This document shows positions 19,639 to 30,800 of a stretch of 64,000 bases of DNA, in pieces. The position numbers and the translations under genes were made by a program. Numbering within the stretch: the stretch's first letter is position 1; each line of letters begins with the position of its first letter. The stretch is from the IMG/VR virus record IMGVR_UViG_3300043093_000048, positions 201,110-265,109 of that record. The stretch is one strand, 5' to 3'. The notes beneath the pieces are model-generated. The model was not told the DNA's origin and did no database searches. It saw nothing but the letters and a program-made list of their open reading frames with translations. This DNA is from a virus (Duplodnaviria > Caudoviricetes).

Positions 19639-20853
19639 TTGTTTACCACTTATATGAATGAAAATATTTCTTTAACTGAAGAAATATATCCTATATTTAT
19701 TTTACTAACAAGAGGAAAAAGTATTATTAGTGGACCAATTAGTAAAATAACTAAATCTCCTTTTACACATTGTTCAATAAGTTTAGATCCTAAACTTAGA
19801 TATTTCTATAGCTTTAATTTTTTAGATAAATTTAATCGAGGTTTTGTAAAGGAAACTAGACAAAGCTTAACAAAAAATACAAATTCAACTAATATTTCAG
19901 TATTTTTTGTTAATAAAGTAATATATAAAAATATTAATAGAAATCTTAAATTTTTTAGTGATAATAAGGATAAAACTAAATATAGTTTTAAGAGATTATT
20001 TGAAGCAGCTTTTAATAAAGGAAAAGAAAAAAATCCTTATGAACAAGTATGTTCTTCATTTGTATACTCTATATTGAAAAATGCAGGTGTACAATTAGCT
20101 CCAGATAATATAAAATGTGTAAAACCTTCTGATATAGCAAAAACAGTAATTAACAATAATAAATATATCTATGAAATTTTTGATGGTCCAATATTAGATT
20201 TAAATACAGATGATATTACATTAAAAATAGAAAAATTAAAAAACTCTTCTAAATCTAGATTATATAATCAAGATAAAATAGTTTTAGAAGAAAGCATCCA
20301 TCCAGAAACTGTTGATCGTTCTAATTATGATAACTTTACTTTATATGGTTTATTTCATATTTATACTACTAATTTTTCTTTAAGAAACGATCCAAAATTT
20401 TTAGAGAATATGAAATGGGTTAAAGAACGTATAGAAGAAATTTGTAAAATGGCTGGATGGATAGCTTTTCCTTATGAATTAACTTTATGTGATACTTTTG
20501 ATGATTTAAATGTATTTTATAATTATGAAGCTCCTATATGGGTAACAGGATTTACATATGGTGATAAAGTATATATGAAAGCACCAAATATTTATCCAGG
20601 TACTCTCTATTATAATGTAGTATTACATGAATGTATACATGTTCAAATATATTTAAATGAAAAAGTTAAAGGAAAATTTATTAGTAGAGAAGATGAAGAA
20701 GGAATGGCAGTTTTCTTTAGTACACCATTGGATGTTTGGCTTAGAGAACTTAATCACGGTCCAAATTGGTATTATTATGAAAGTTCTATAAGAGTTCAAG
20801 ATGATTTTATGCGTGGTGGAATGGAATATGTTAAAGAAAAACGATTTATTTAA
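19639..20853 (+). CDS. two-domain protease-like protein: permuted papain/NlpC-P60 (YiiX-like) domain plus HExxH zincin
   Basis: ISKITKSPFTHCSISLD...CSSFVYSIL (His before Cys, permuted order); VVLHECIH...EEGMA (gluzincin); AAGGAGG RBS with TTG start. Confidence 0.7.
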   Translation: MFTTYMNENISLTEEIYPIFILLTRGKSIISGPISKITKSPFTHCSISLDPKLRYFYSFNFLDKFNRGFVKETRQSLTKNTNSTNISVFFVNKVIYKNINRNLKFFSDNKDKTKYSFKRLFEAAFNKGKEKNPYEQVCSSFVYSILKNAGVQLAPDNIKCVKPSDIAKTVINNNKYIYEIFDGPILDLNTDDITLKIEKLKNSSKSRLYNQDKIVLEESIHPETVDRSNYDNFTLYGLFHIYTTNFSLRNDPKFLENMKWVKERIEEICKMAGWIAFPYELTLCDTFDDLNVFYNYEAPIWVTGFTYGDKVYMKAPNIYPGTLYYNVVLHECIHVQIYLNEKVKGKFISREDEEGMAVFFSTPLDVWLRELNHGPNWYYYESSIRVQDDFMRGGMEYVKEKRFI

Positions 20854-20859
20854 ATAATT

Positions 20860-21822
20860 ATGAAAGAGATGATTAATATGAATTATATAATTAAACAATA
20901 TAAAATCCTTTCAGAATGTTATAGTAACCCTAATTTTTCAACTAAAGTATATTTAAGATTAATTAATGAAAATCCTAATTTAAATATTAGTCCTGAAGAT
21001 TTTGATTGTATGATAGATGATATGTATAATAATTTTCTTAATGAAAATGCAGAATATATTGATGAATTTTTTTACTATAATGAAGGATTTTTTGGGAATA
21101 TTGCTGAAAAAACTAAAAATATGGCTGGAAAAACTAAAAATAAATTTAGTGAAGTAAATCAAAAAAGAAAAGAAAAAATGGAAGAAAAGAAAAATGGAAG
21201 AAAAGAAAGAAAAGAAGAAAAGAAAAATGAAAGAAAACAAAGAAAAGAAGAAAGAAAAAATACTAGTAAAAAAATTAGTAAATCCGCTTCAAATATTGAA
21301 GAAGTTACAAATACTGCTAAAAGTGTTGCTAATAAAGCTGATAGTACTATGGATGATGTAAAAGGTGTAGCTTCTAATGTTAGATCGGCTACTGGTAAAG
21401 TAAATAGAGCTATGGATGATGTAAAAGGTGTTACTGATAAAGCTAATAATACTATGATTAATGTTCAGAATGCTTCTTCCGATGTTAAGAAAGTAACTAG
21501 AGATGCTGCTGAAATAACTAATGATGTAAATAAACGTTATAAAAATGCTACAAAGAAAATAGACAACACTAAGCAAAATATTAAGAAAAATGGTAAAAAA
21601 GTAGCAATAGGTGGTGCTGCTGTTGGTAGTGCAGCAATTGCTACTAAAATTATTTTAGATAAAAAAGATAGACAGAGATATAATGAATGGAAGGCTAAAC
21701 ATAAATCTAAGAGAGAATTAGTTACATTTAAACAATGGAAAGATTTAGGAAAGCCATTAAATGAAGATTACATTCAAGGTTATAATGATGCTATTGAATA
21801 TTTAAATAATTTAGATTATTAA
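20860..21822 (+). CDS. basic late protein with apolipoprotein-like amphipathic repeats, Gly/Ala hydrophobic segment and C-terminal YIQGYNDAI tag
   Basis: MDDVKGV repeats; VAIGGAAVGSAAIATKIIL segment; family motif at 21769-21795. Confidence 0.7.
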   Translation: MKEMINMNYIIKQYKILSECYSNPNFSTKVYLRLINENPNLNISPEDFDCMIDDMYNNFLNENAEYIDEFFYYNEGFFGNIAEKTKNMAGKTKNKFSEVNQKRKEKMEEKKNGRKERKEEKKNERKQRKEERKNTSKKISKSASNIEEVTNTAKSVANKADSTMDDVKGVASNVRSATGKVNRAMDDVKGVTDKANNTMINVQNASSDVKKVTRDAAEITNDVNKRYKNATKKIDNTKQNIKKNGKKVAIGGAAVGSAAIATKIILDKKDRQRYNEWKAKHKSKRELVTFKQWKDLGKPLNEDYIQGYNDAIEYLNNLDY

Positions 21823-21825
21823 AAT

Positions 21826-21861
21826 AATTAGAGTAAACAGAATATTCTGTTTACTCTAATT
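21826..21861. terminator. bidirectional terminator / 36-bp perfect palindrome between convergent genes
   Basis: AATTAGAGTAAACAGAAT|ATTCTGTTTACTCTAATT. Confidence 0.75.
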
Positions 21862-21864
21862 TTA

Positions 21865-22173
21865 TTATTTATTAAGATTCTTTAAAGCTTCAATTGTAGA
21901 ATCTGGAACAGTCATATCATTATCAATACCTGCTGATAATAATAAAGTACTAACTGTATTTAAAGTTTGTTTCTTAGAAATATCATTTGGAAGATCTTTC
22001 ATATATACATAACCTTGCTTAGATATTTCTTTATACATATAAGCTTTAGCATCGGCACTATCTGCTCTTGGACCTAAAAATTCTTTTAAACAAATAGGAT
22101 CTTCTTTATATGATAATAAAGAATAGGACTCTGAATCGCTGATTCGAGCGATTTTATCATCTGATGTAACCTG
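21865..22173 (-). CDS. exon 2 of virion RNAP beta C-terminal subunit
   Basis: Reads QVTSDDKIARISDSESYSL...LKEFLGPRADS...LLSAGIDND...KNLNK*, continuing the exon-1 end MKTG in frame after splicing. Confidence 0.85.
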   Translation of the reverse strand, partial: QVTSDDKIARISDSESYSLLSYKEDPICLKEFLGPRADSADAKAYMYKEISKQGYVYMKDLPNDISKKQTLNTVSTLLLSAGIDNDMTVPDSTIEALKNLNK

Positions 22174-22574
22174 CTTTTTTATTTAGACTATATCTTCAAC
22201 TGTAATAACAGTTGTCTCCTGTTTCCATTTAAGGGATTTTCACCCACTATAAAAGCCGTACTCTTATTGCTTATTTCAAAGCTACTCACAAATAAAATTA
22301 TTATTTATTTGCTTTCAGATAGTCGTTGAACGTTTATCTTAAGACTTCTTAAGATACTTCGCTGCTGATTAACCATTATTTCAAAGTACTTAGGATCTTA
22401 AACTTTCATTTAAGACTTTTATTTCACCATATACTATCTTAACTATTTTTTCTGTCTTTCGACTGCATTCACACTTAGAGTTACCTCTTATGTTGTAGCT
22501 AGTTAAGCTTTAGGAACTTCCAGCAATTAAGGAGATAAAACCACTATATCACTATAATGGCTGAGCCAAAGTTA
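22174..22574 (-). ncRNA. group I self-splicing intron (IA2-like), no homing endonuclease ORF
   Basis: Minus strand: exon ends ...GGGU; P AAUUGCUGGAA (22518-22528), Q AAUCAGCAGC (22361-22370), R GUUCAACGACUA (22320-22331), S AAGAUAUAGUCU (22185-22196); terminal G at 22174; removal restores the reading frame. Confidence 0.93.
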
Positions 22575-24788
22575 ACCCGTTTTCATATTACGTTTATTTA
22601 TATCTAAACTATAAGTATTCTTTTTGCTAAGCATCTGCTGTAGTCTTCTTAAGTTTATATATAAAATAGGAACTTTATATCTAGTTCTTATTGGATTTTC
22701 TTCATGACCATCATGTCTATAATAAAGATATTCTTCAGTAGGAACTTTAAGATAATCTAAAGCTTCTTTACAATCTTTAATTCTAGGACAATTTTTATTA
22801 GGCAATACTTCAAGATAAAAATTCTTCTTATCATCTAAAATAAGATCTTTAATATATTTATCAAATTTCTCATCTGACATTGATTTAAATAAGTTTTTAT
22901 ATTTTTGAGTGTTAGCACCTGTTTTATCTAAAATATCAAAGACTTTATAAACTTTTTCTTCAATTTGTTTTCTTTTATTAGCATTAATAGCTTCATTTAA
23001 TACTAATTGATCCTTATTAGATTCATTAATACTTTCAAATAAAGTAAAAGGTAAATCAGGATTATCAATTTTTCTATATTCATCAGTTGCTTCTATTTTA
23101 TCAGCTAATAAGAAATTTCTACATTCTATTCTTAAATCAGTTATATTTAATTTTCTTTTAACATAATTAATCATAGCCATTTCAATTCCTTGAAGCTTAT
23201 AATCAGAACTAGCTTCTAAAGCTACAACTGTTTTAATGGTTCTATTTAAAGCAGTTTGTAAATTATAAATTTTATCTTCAATTATAATATATCCTGCTAT
23301 ATTTTCGTTACTATCAATAAACATAAAACCATGTTGATTTCCAGGAAGTTTTTGACAATTTCTTAATTTATAATGTGTTTTACCATATTTAAATAAATTC
23401 TGTGGTGTCATTTCTTTAATGTCAAATTCAGATATAATACTATCTTTGAAATCTTGCTCATCTTGAACTGTATTAGTATAAATAAAGTTTTCTTTTTGTT
23501 TATTATTTAAATCTATTAATCTAGTTAAGAATTCTTTATTATCTTTAGAATTATTCAAAATAAACTTTAAAACACTGTCAGTTAAACCCTCAATAGTAAT
23601 AAATAGATTATCATAATTATCTTCATTATAAACTTCATTTAATACACTATACATATCTTCAATAGAATCAAATTCATTAATACCTTTCATTATATTATCA
23701 TTACATTCAATATAATATATAGAATCTTCTATTTGGAATGTAGGAATTAATGAAGTGGTTTCACCTAATGAATATACATTCATTTTAGGATTATATCCTA
23801 ATTCATATAGCTTATTAAATACTGAACTAGATCTTTGTGCAGCTATATTTAATCCAACAGCATTTGGAGCTATTGCACCTTCTTTAATAATTGAAAAATA
23901 ATCATAGACATCTTCATAATTATTAAAATCAAAATTTTCTAATAAAGGACTTTCATCATTATTAATATATTTATCTAAGAACTCTTTAGAAGTTAAATAA
24001 ATATCTATTCTATCCTCTCCATACCTTTCAAAATTTAAATCCATTTCAATTGATTGGAAATTTAATAATCTAGTATCATAATCAATTATATCAATATTAG
24101 GAACATGAATTAATTCAAAGATATGTAATAAATAATTTATAGCTGCATATTCATAATAAGTCTTTTTAACTTTAATATCATCTAATAAATTCCAATTAAT
24201 AGAATTATATAATGAAAATAAATCAGAAATATCATATGAACTACTAAACTCTTCAAGATTTCTTAAGAATCTTTCATAAGTTTCATCAGGAACAATTTTG
24301 TTACATACTTTTATTCTATAATCTTTTAATACTGAATTATTATCTTTATCAAAATCCTGTAAGATGTTTTTATAAGAAATTTCAGTTAATTTAAACTTTA
24401 AACAATCTTTAACATCAGGAACTATACCAAAAGTATTATTAATATAATCATTATCCCATGTAATACAAAGATTAGTAAGTATATTCATATTATTAACATT
24501 TTTAAATATAGGAACTACACTTAATACATGATAAGATCTATTATTATTCCTAATAAGATAATTTCTATTATAACTTTGAGAGAATGGTAATTTATCTTGT
24601 ACTGATATAAATGAATCATAATGAATAAAATCATCAGGATCATTTAATTTAGGAATATCAAAATAATTTTTAATACGATTTGATTCAGCATAATTTAAAT
24701 GGTCATTGCAAATAGGACAAGGTGTTTCCAATAATGAACCATCAAATATAGAATTACACGTATTACATTTACAATATAAGTATCCCAT
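22575..24788 (-). CDS. exon 1 of virion RNAP beta C-terminal subunit, with ~600-aa N-terminal extension (Zn-ribbon, GNAT-like region)
   Basis: ATG 24788 with GAGGTGA RBS and late promoter. C-terminal VPILYINLRRLQQMLSKKN...RNMKTG|QVT corresponds to the beta C-terminal conserved region. N-terminal CxxC...CxxC. Spliced product is 840 aa. Confidence 0.8.
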
Positions 24789-24815
24789 AGTTATATTCAC
24801 CTCTTTTAAAAAATA

Positions 24816-24827
24816 TAAAATATTGTT
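24816..24827 (-). promoter_or_regulatory. late promoter AACA-N6-TA
   Basis: Minus strand AACA ATATTT TA, 28 nt upstream of ATG 24788. Confidence 0.65.
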
Positions 24828-24840
24828 GACGTGCAAATAA

Positions 24841-24872
24841 AATCCTAAAGAGTTTTAAAACTCTTTAGGATT
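24841..24872. terminator. 32-bp perfect palindrome downstream of the 3502-aa gene (terminator-like)
   Basis: AATCCTAAAGAGTTTT|AAAACTCTTTAGGATT. Confidence 0.65.
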
Positions 24873-24878
24873 AATTTA

Positions 24879-27800
24879 TTACTTAATAAAATCTATATTA
24901 GTTGAAATATTTTCTTTTGTTGTTGAGCTTAAATCAATTTCTCTAATACCGCCAGCAAATGAAATTCTAACTAAGTTATTTGAAATTACAGTATTTTTTA
25001 ATAAGTCATTATAAATATCATGTAAATTATATATTGTATTATTAAATGTAAATTCTTTATCTTCAACATTTAAAGTATCATAATAATCTTCAGCTAAAAT
25101 AGTTACTGTATCTGAGAATGAACGATAACCTTTCTTTTCATTTTCTTTCATCCAACCATTAACTCTATAACCTACAATTTTATTGGCAGTACTATCATAA
25201 ATAACGCCAAATAATCTATAAATAAATGAGAATCTATTTAAGCTAGACGTTTTAAGTTTATCATCATTTTCTTTACTAATTATTATATTAGTTGTAGCAT
25301 TAGGGATTGTTCTAAATTGATTTGTATTAGTATATTTTTCATTATAGTCATATACATTTCTAATATTAATATAATAATTACTATCTTTATTAGTTATATC
25401 ACAATCTTTTAAGAATATAGTATTAGTGTCTTTTAATAAATAGTTATCTTCGCTATCTGTAAAATCTTTTATAGGATAATTTGCGGAAATATCATATAAT
25501 GTTATACCATTATAATTCTCTGCATTAAATCTACCTCTAGGATTTTCCATACCTAACATTCCATAAGCAATACAACCAAATCCGTCTAATTGATAGGAAG
25601 TAGCATAATTTAAAACTGAAGGCGTTAAAGGCTTTGAAGTATTATCTTTATTTACTAATTCATTAAAATCACTTTCATTTAAACTTAAAGTACCACAAAC
25701 ATCATCTGGATCATCTGGATTCTTTTCAAATTTTCTACCTTCATAGAAATGACAGAAATTTTTATAATTGCTTTTATACTTTGAGTTTGCTAAATCTTCA
25801 AGTGTAGTATCTAATAATATTCTACTAGCTCCATTATATCCATATCGATACATATATGAAATATTATCTTTAAATATTGGATTATTAATTGAATTATCTA
25901 CTACATCTGAAATTAATTCTTGAATAGTTTCATTAAATAAAGCAATTTTCTTACCAGATCTTTCATAATTAGACACATAATAACCTGTGTAATCATCATT
26001 ATCAAAATCTAAATTAAAATATTGATAACCATCAATAAAATTTCTAGAAGGAATTTCGTAATCAATATTATCTATATTTATATTTCTCATTTTACTTTTT
26101 ACAGTAGCTTTAAATAGATATAAATTTTTATTTGCATATTCTGATTCATTATCACTAAATTTATTCTGATTAAATTTAATAATATTTAAATCTTTAATAT
26201 AATTTTTAAATATTTCTTTTTTAATATCATCATCATCTGTATAGTATCTATCAGGAAATGCATCTAAGCTTTCAGTTTTAGTTCTATGATATTCATTCGT
26301 AGAAAATTTTGGTACATTTTCAGTACTACTTGGCAAATATTTTTCAACTTTTAAAGGATCTATATACCAATATTCATTAGATCTTTTTCTTTCATCGCTA
26401 TAAGTGCTACCAGCTATTTTATTTTCATGTATAGTAGCTAATACGCTATCAATATTATTATAAGTATTTTTAGCTCTTAAATAAAGAGAATTTAAAGGGT
26501 CACCATCATAAGTAAAATTATTGTCTGGATTAAAATCTTTTAAACTATAAATAGTAAATGTATAATTATTATCTTTTTCATAAGTGTTGTCATTCTTTTT
26601 ATATGTTTCTAAAGAATCAAAATAAAGTTCAGAATCATTCATTGTTAGAGTAAAATAGTTATTACCAGTAAAGTTATCATCTTTTTCATGTAAATATGGT
26701 AAATCACCAACTTTACTATATGGACTTTCTATACGTTTATTTGAAACAGTTGAGATATTTTTATATTTTTGTTTATTACCTCTTGCATTCCAGTTAATTT
26801 TCTTTCTAACTTCTTTAAATTCATCATTTGTTCCATGATATATTATATTAAATGCATCATTATAAATAATATCATTAATTTCAACTGCAATAAGACTGTT
26901 CCAATTTACATATGGTTTATTTACATCATAGAATTTTTCAATATATTTTACATTATTATCTTCAATTGAAAAATCACTATCATCTTTTATTAATTCACCT
27001 AAATCAATAATATTATCTTCTGTATAGTCACTATCTATTGAGTATAAATGATTATTATTAATTCTTAATTTACCACAATTTATAAAGTTATTATCTGAAA
27101 TAATATATAATTTATTACCAAACTCAACATTTACTAAAGATATACAATTTTCACAAACTTTAGAAACATTAGAAGCAGTTGTTACCATTACTTTTTCAGC
27201 ATTATAACCAGAGTTAACATATTCTAAATAATAATCTTTAAATTTAGTTACCAATAATGTACTATCTTCTCCATTGTTATATATTTCAGGTTTTTCTTCT
27301 ATAACACTTTCAATGTAATCTATATATTCATCATAGTCTGTATAACCATCTCTTTCATAGTATATATATTTAGGATCAATATAATAATCTTCACCATCTA
27401 CTTCATCTTTATTTTCTTCATAAATATCAACCATTTTACCATGAAAATTTTTATCATCATGATTATAATATAACCAACCAGTTTTACAATTAACATAAAT
27501 TGCATGGTTTCCTATATAAGTACCATTAAAGCAGCTAGTCATAATTTCATAAGCTTTTCCATCAATATTAACACGATAACCACTTTCAATATCAGAATCT
27601 TTATAATAATAAGCAAGATATTTTTTATTATTATAATTTATTATAAAAGATTTAACTCTAGGATCAACATCCATAGAACTTTGAACGTTTTCTACAAAAA
27701 AGTTACCAAAATATATAACTTCTGGTAATAATAAATTCATTAATCTACTACAACCGGAAAAACAGCTATAACCTATTGCATAAGCATTGCCAGTATCTAT

Positions 27801-30800
27801 AGTTTTAGCATATATATCATCTATAAATACATTAGAATGAAATCTATTTATAAATACATTATCACCATGTTTAAATTTAATGCTAAGTTGATCTGAAAAT
27901 TTATAACCATTAGTAGGTTGTAATTTTTCATCAAATACTGTAGTATTATATTCTTGGAAGTTTCCTTCTGAATCATAAGAATACTTTGAATCATCCATTT
28001 TAGCTTGTCCTTCATATACTAAATTATCATCTTCATCTCTATAATCATTACCTTTAAAATCTACTATATAACGTCTATTTAAATATTCATTTTCAGAAAA
28101 AGCATTAATACTAGTAGTATAAATATAATTACAATTATCAAATATAATTTGATTTAATGTAGAAAGATAAAATGCTTCACTTTCAATAAATCCAAGATTA
28201 TAAGGAAGTTTAATACTAAAATGATTATCTTTAAAAGTACTAATATTTTTAAATGATTTACTCCCGAAAGTAGCAAATCCATAAATATTATCATTACTAT
28301 TATAAGGTATATAATTTATATTAAATGATGAATCAGAATATACAGGAGGAGTTTTTTTATCTATAGTTCTTCTATAATTTGAGCATGTTAAAGCATTATT
28401 TAAAAAATAAACTTCTTTCAATAATGAATTTTCAAATAAAGATTCTCCATAATAAGTAGCTAAAGGACCAAATGTAAATGAATCAAAATTTTTATTATTT
28501 TTAAATACGCCTTCTCCAAAATAAACTATGGTTGAAGGTATTCTTGCGTTAGTAATATATTTATTAGAAGTATTTGTAACTGTAACTGATGGCGCTCTAT
28601 TGTTAATATCTTTAAATATTCCATCATCATTAAATAAATATGAATATGAAGTTTCTAATTTATTATTACCATATTTTAGAATATAATTATTATTAGTTTT
28701 ACTCCAATATTTAGTTCCATTTATATCATAATTAATTTTAGTATTAAATGTTGCTACATCTTCACCTTTACCATCATCACCATTATAAATAGCATTATCA
28801 TTTTCATCATAACCAATAATAATTTTATTTGTTGTTGTATTTTCTATTTCTTCTTTATATAATAAAAATGGCATCGTTATAGTATAATTATCTGTAGTAA
28901 GCCAATAATTATCAATAGCAAAACAATAGTTAGTTATAGGATTATAATTTGAATACTCATTTGTAGCTCTATTATTATGTGCTGACATTGGTAAGCCAGT
29001 AGATATCATTACTCTTCTTTGTTTTTTGTCATCATCACTAGTATCAAATTCATGTGTAGTATAAGTAAATGGCATTGATTGTAATCCACTTCCATCACCA
29101 TAATAAACAATTGAACCGCAATGTGTATGGACATCTTTTTGGTTTTTAGTAGCATCACTTTGTAAATTACGATTTTTACTAGGAGAAATTAATAATAATT
29201 TATGTGTATCAGAATTCTCATCTGTAAAATCATAATCTAAAATAGTTTCAAATATAATAATACCTGACATTTTAAATTTAAGATTACATTCCTTTTTAGT
29301 AGGAGTAAAATCAAAATTTAAAATAGCTATAGAATTTCCATATATATCAGAATCATAAGTTACTTTTTTATTTGAAACATCACAACCAACAGTTTTATCA
29401 TCATCTATATCTAAATTAAATAAGAAATTACCATTATTAGCTCCAGTATTTTGTATTAAAGTTTCTACATATACTTTATAAGTACTATTACGTTTAATAG
29501 TTTCACTATCGTTATTTAATTTTAATGATTCATTAAAGCAATTATTATCTTTACTACTATATGAGTCATAAATTATTTCATTTTCATCTAAATTTTTAAT
29601 AATAATATGAGTTTCTACTAAATCATTTGATAATGGACCATCACAAATACCAGAATCAATAATTTTTTCAGTTGCACCAATTTCTTTAGCATAATCATAA
29701 TCATAAAAGAATTCTTTATCTTTTTCATTACCACCAAGTATATCTGAACCAAAATCACTATAATCATTAAATTTATTAAAAGTCTTTAGTCTTACATAGT
29801 TATAATTTTCATCATATACTATATTACTTTCATCATGTTGACCTTCAAGTGTTAAAATATTTTTATCAGATATATTATTTAAATAACTTTCAACTGTAAA
29901 TCTACCAACTTTAGACATTTCATTAATAGCTGCTGCAGCATCTTTAGCACTCTTAGAAATCTTTTTATTAGTACTAATATTTTTTAATCCTAAACTACTA
30001 GCAAATTTACTAATTTCATATAATAAAGGTCTAGTTTTATATGTATAACTTTCAGTATTATAGTCGGTAATACCTTTATTTTCAACTGCAATATATGCAA
30101 AATTTTGTGTGATAGAAGATTCATCATCTGAATCAGTCGTGTCAGTAATTTCAATTGTAATATTAGTAGAAGTATCTGGTTTTTCAATATTTTGGTATAA
30201 TGTTACTAAATAAGCATTATTATTAATAGTGCTTGGAATACTTAATTTAAAATTATCATCTAAAGCATTAAAGCTTGTTCCAGCATTCATCATTAAATCA
30301 GAAGTTAAAAGATCTTTTGTTATTATAATATCAAAATTAGTTTCACTTTTATTACTATTAATATAATCAATATAATAATGATTTTTATTATTATTATCAG
30401 TATAATTATTAGCTGAATAATTTTTAATTGTATAGAAAAAGTCAAATATATTACCAGTGTAATAATTAAATGCGCTATCATTCATAATTGAAAACTTTTT
30501 AAGTTGTTCTTCAGTATAATCTGTATGGAATACTTTTAAAATACCATCTTCTTCAGTTAATATAGGTTCTGGAAGTAATTCTTCACCAGAATTAATAGAA
30601 ACAGCTAATGGTAATACACTAGTTTTTCCATTAATAATTTCATCTGTATATTCTATCTGATTATGAAAATCTTCATAATTATAATATCTTAATGCTTCAT
30701 AAAGAATATTAATTGAAAATTTATCACTTTTATTAAGAGTATAACCATAACCTATTTTATATAATTTATCAGTAGTACTGCACTCGTGATCATATTTATA

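Noticed and set aside
22572-22574. Apparent stop codon suggesting a truncated or pseudogenised RNAP subunit
   Set aside because: The TAA is the first three nucleotides of a group I intron; splicing restores the frame.
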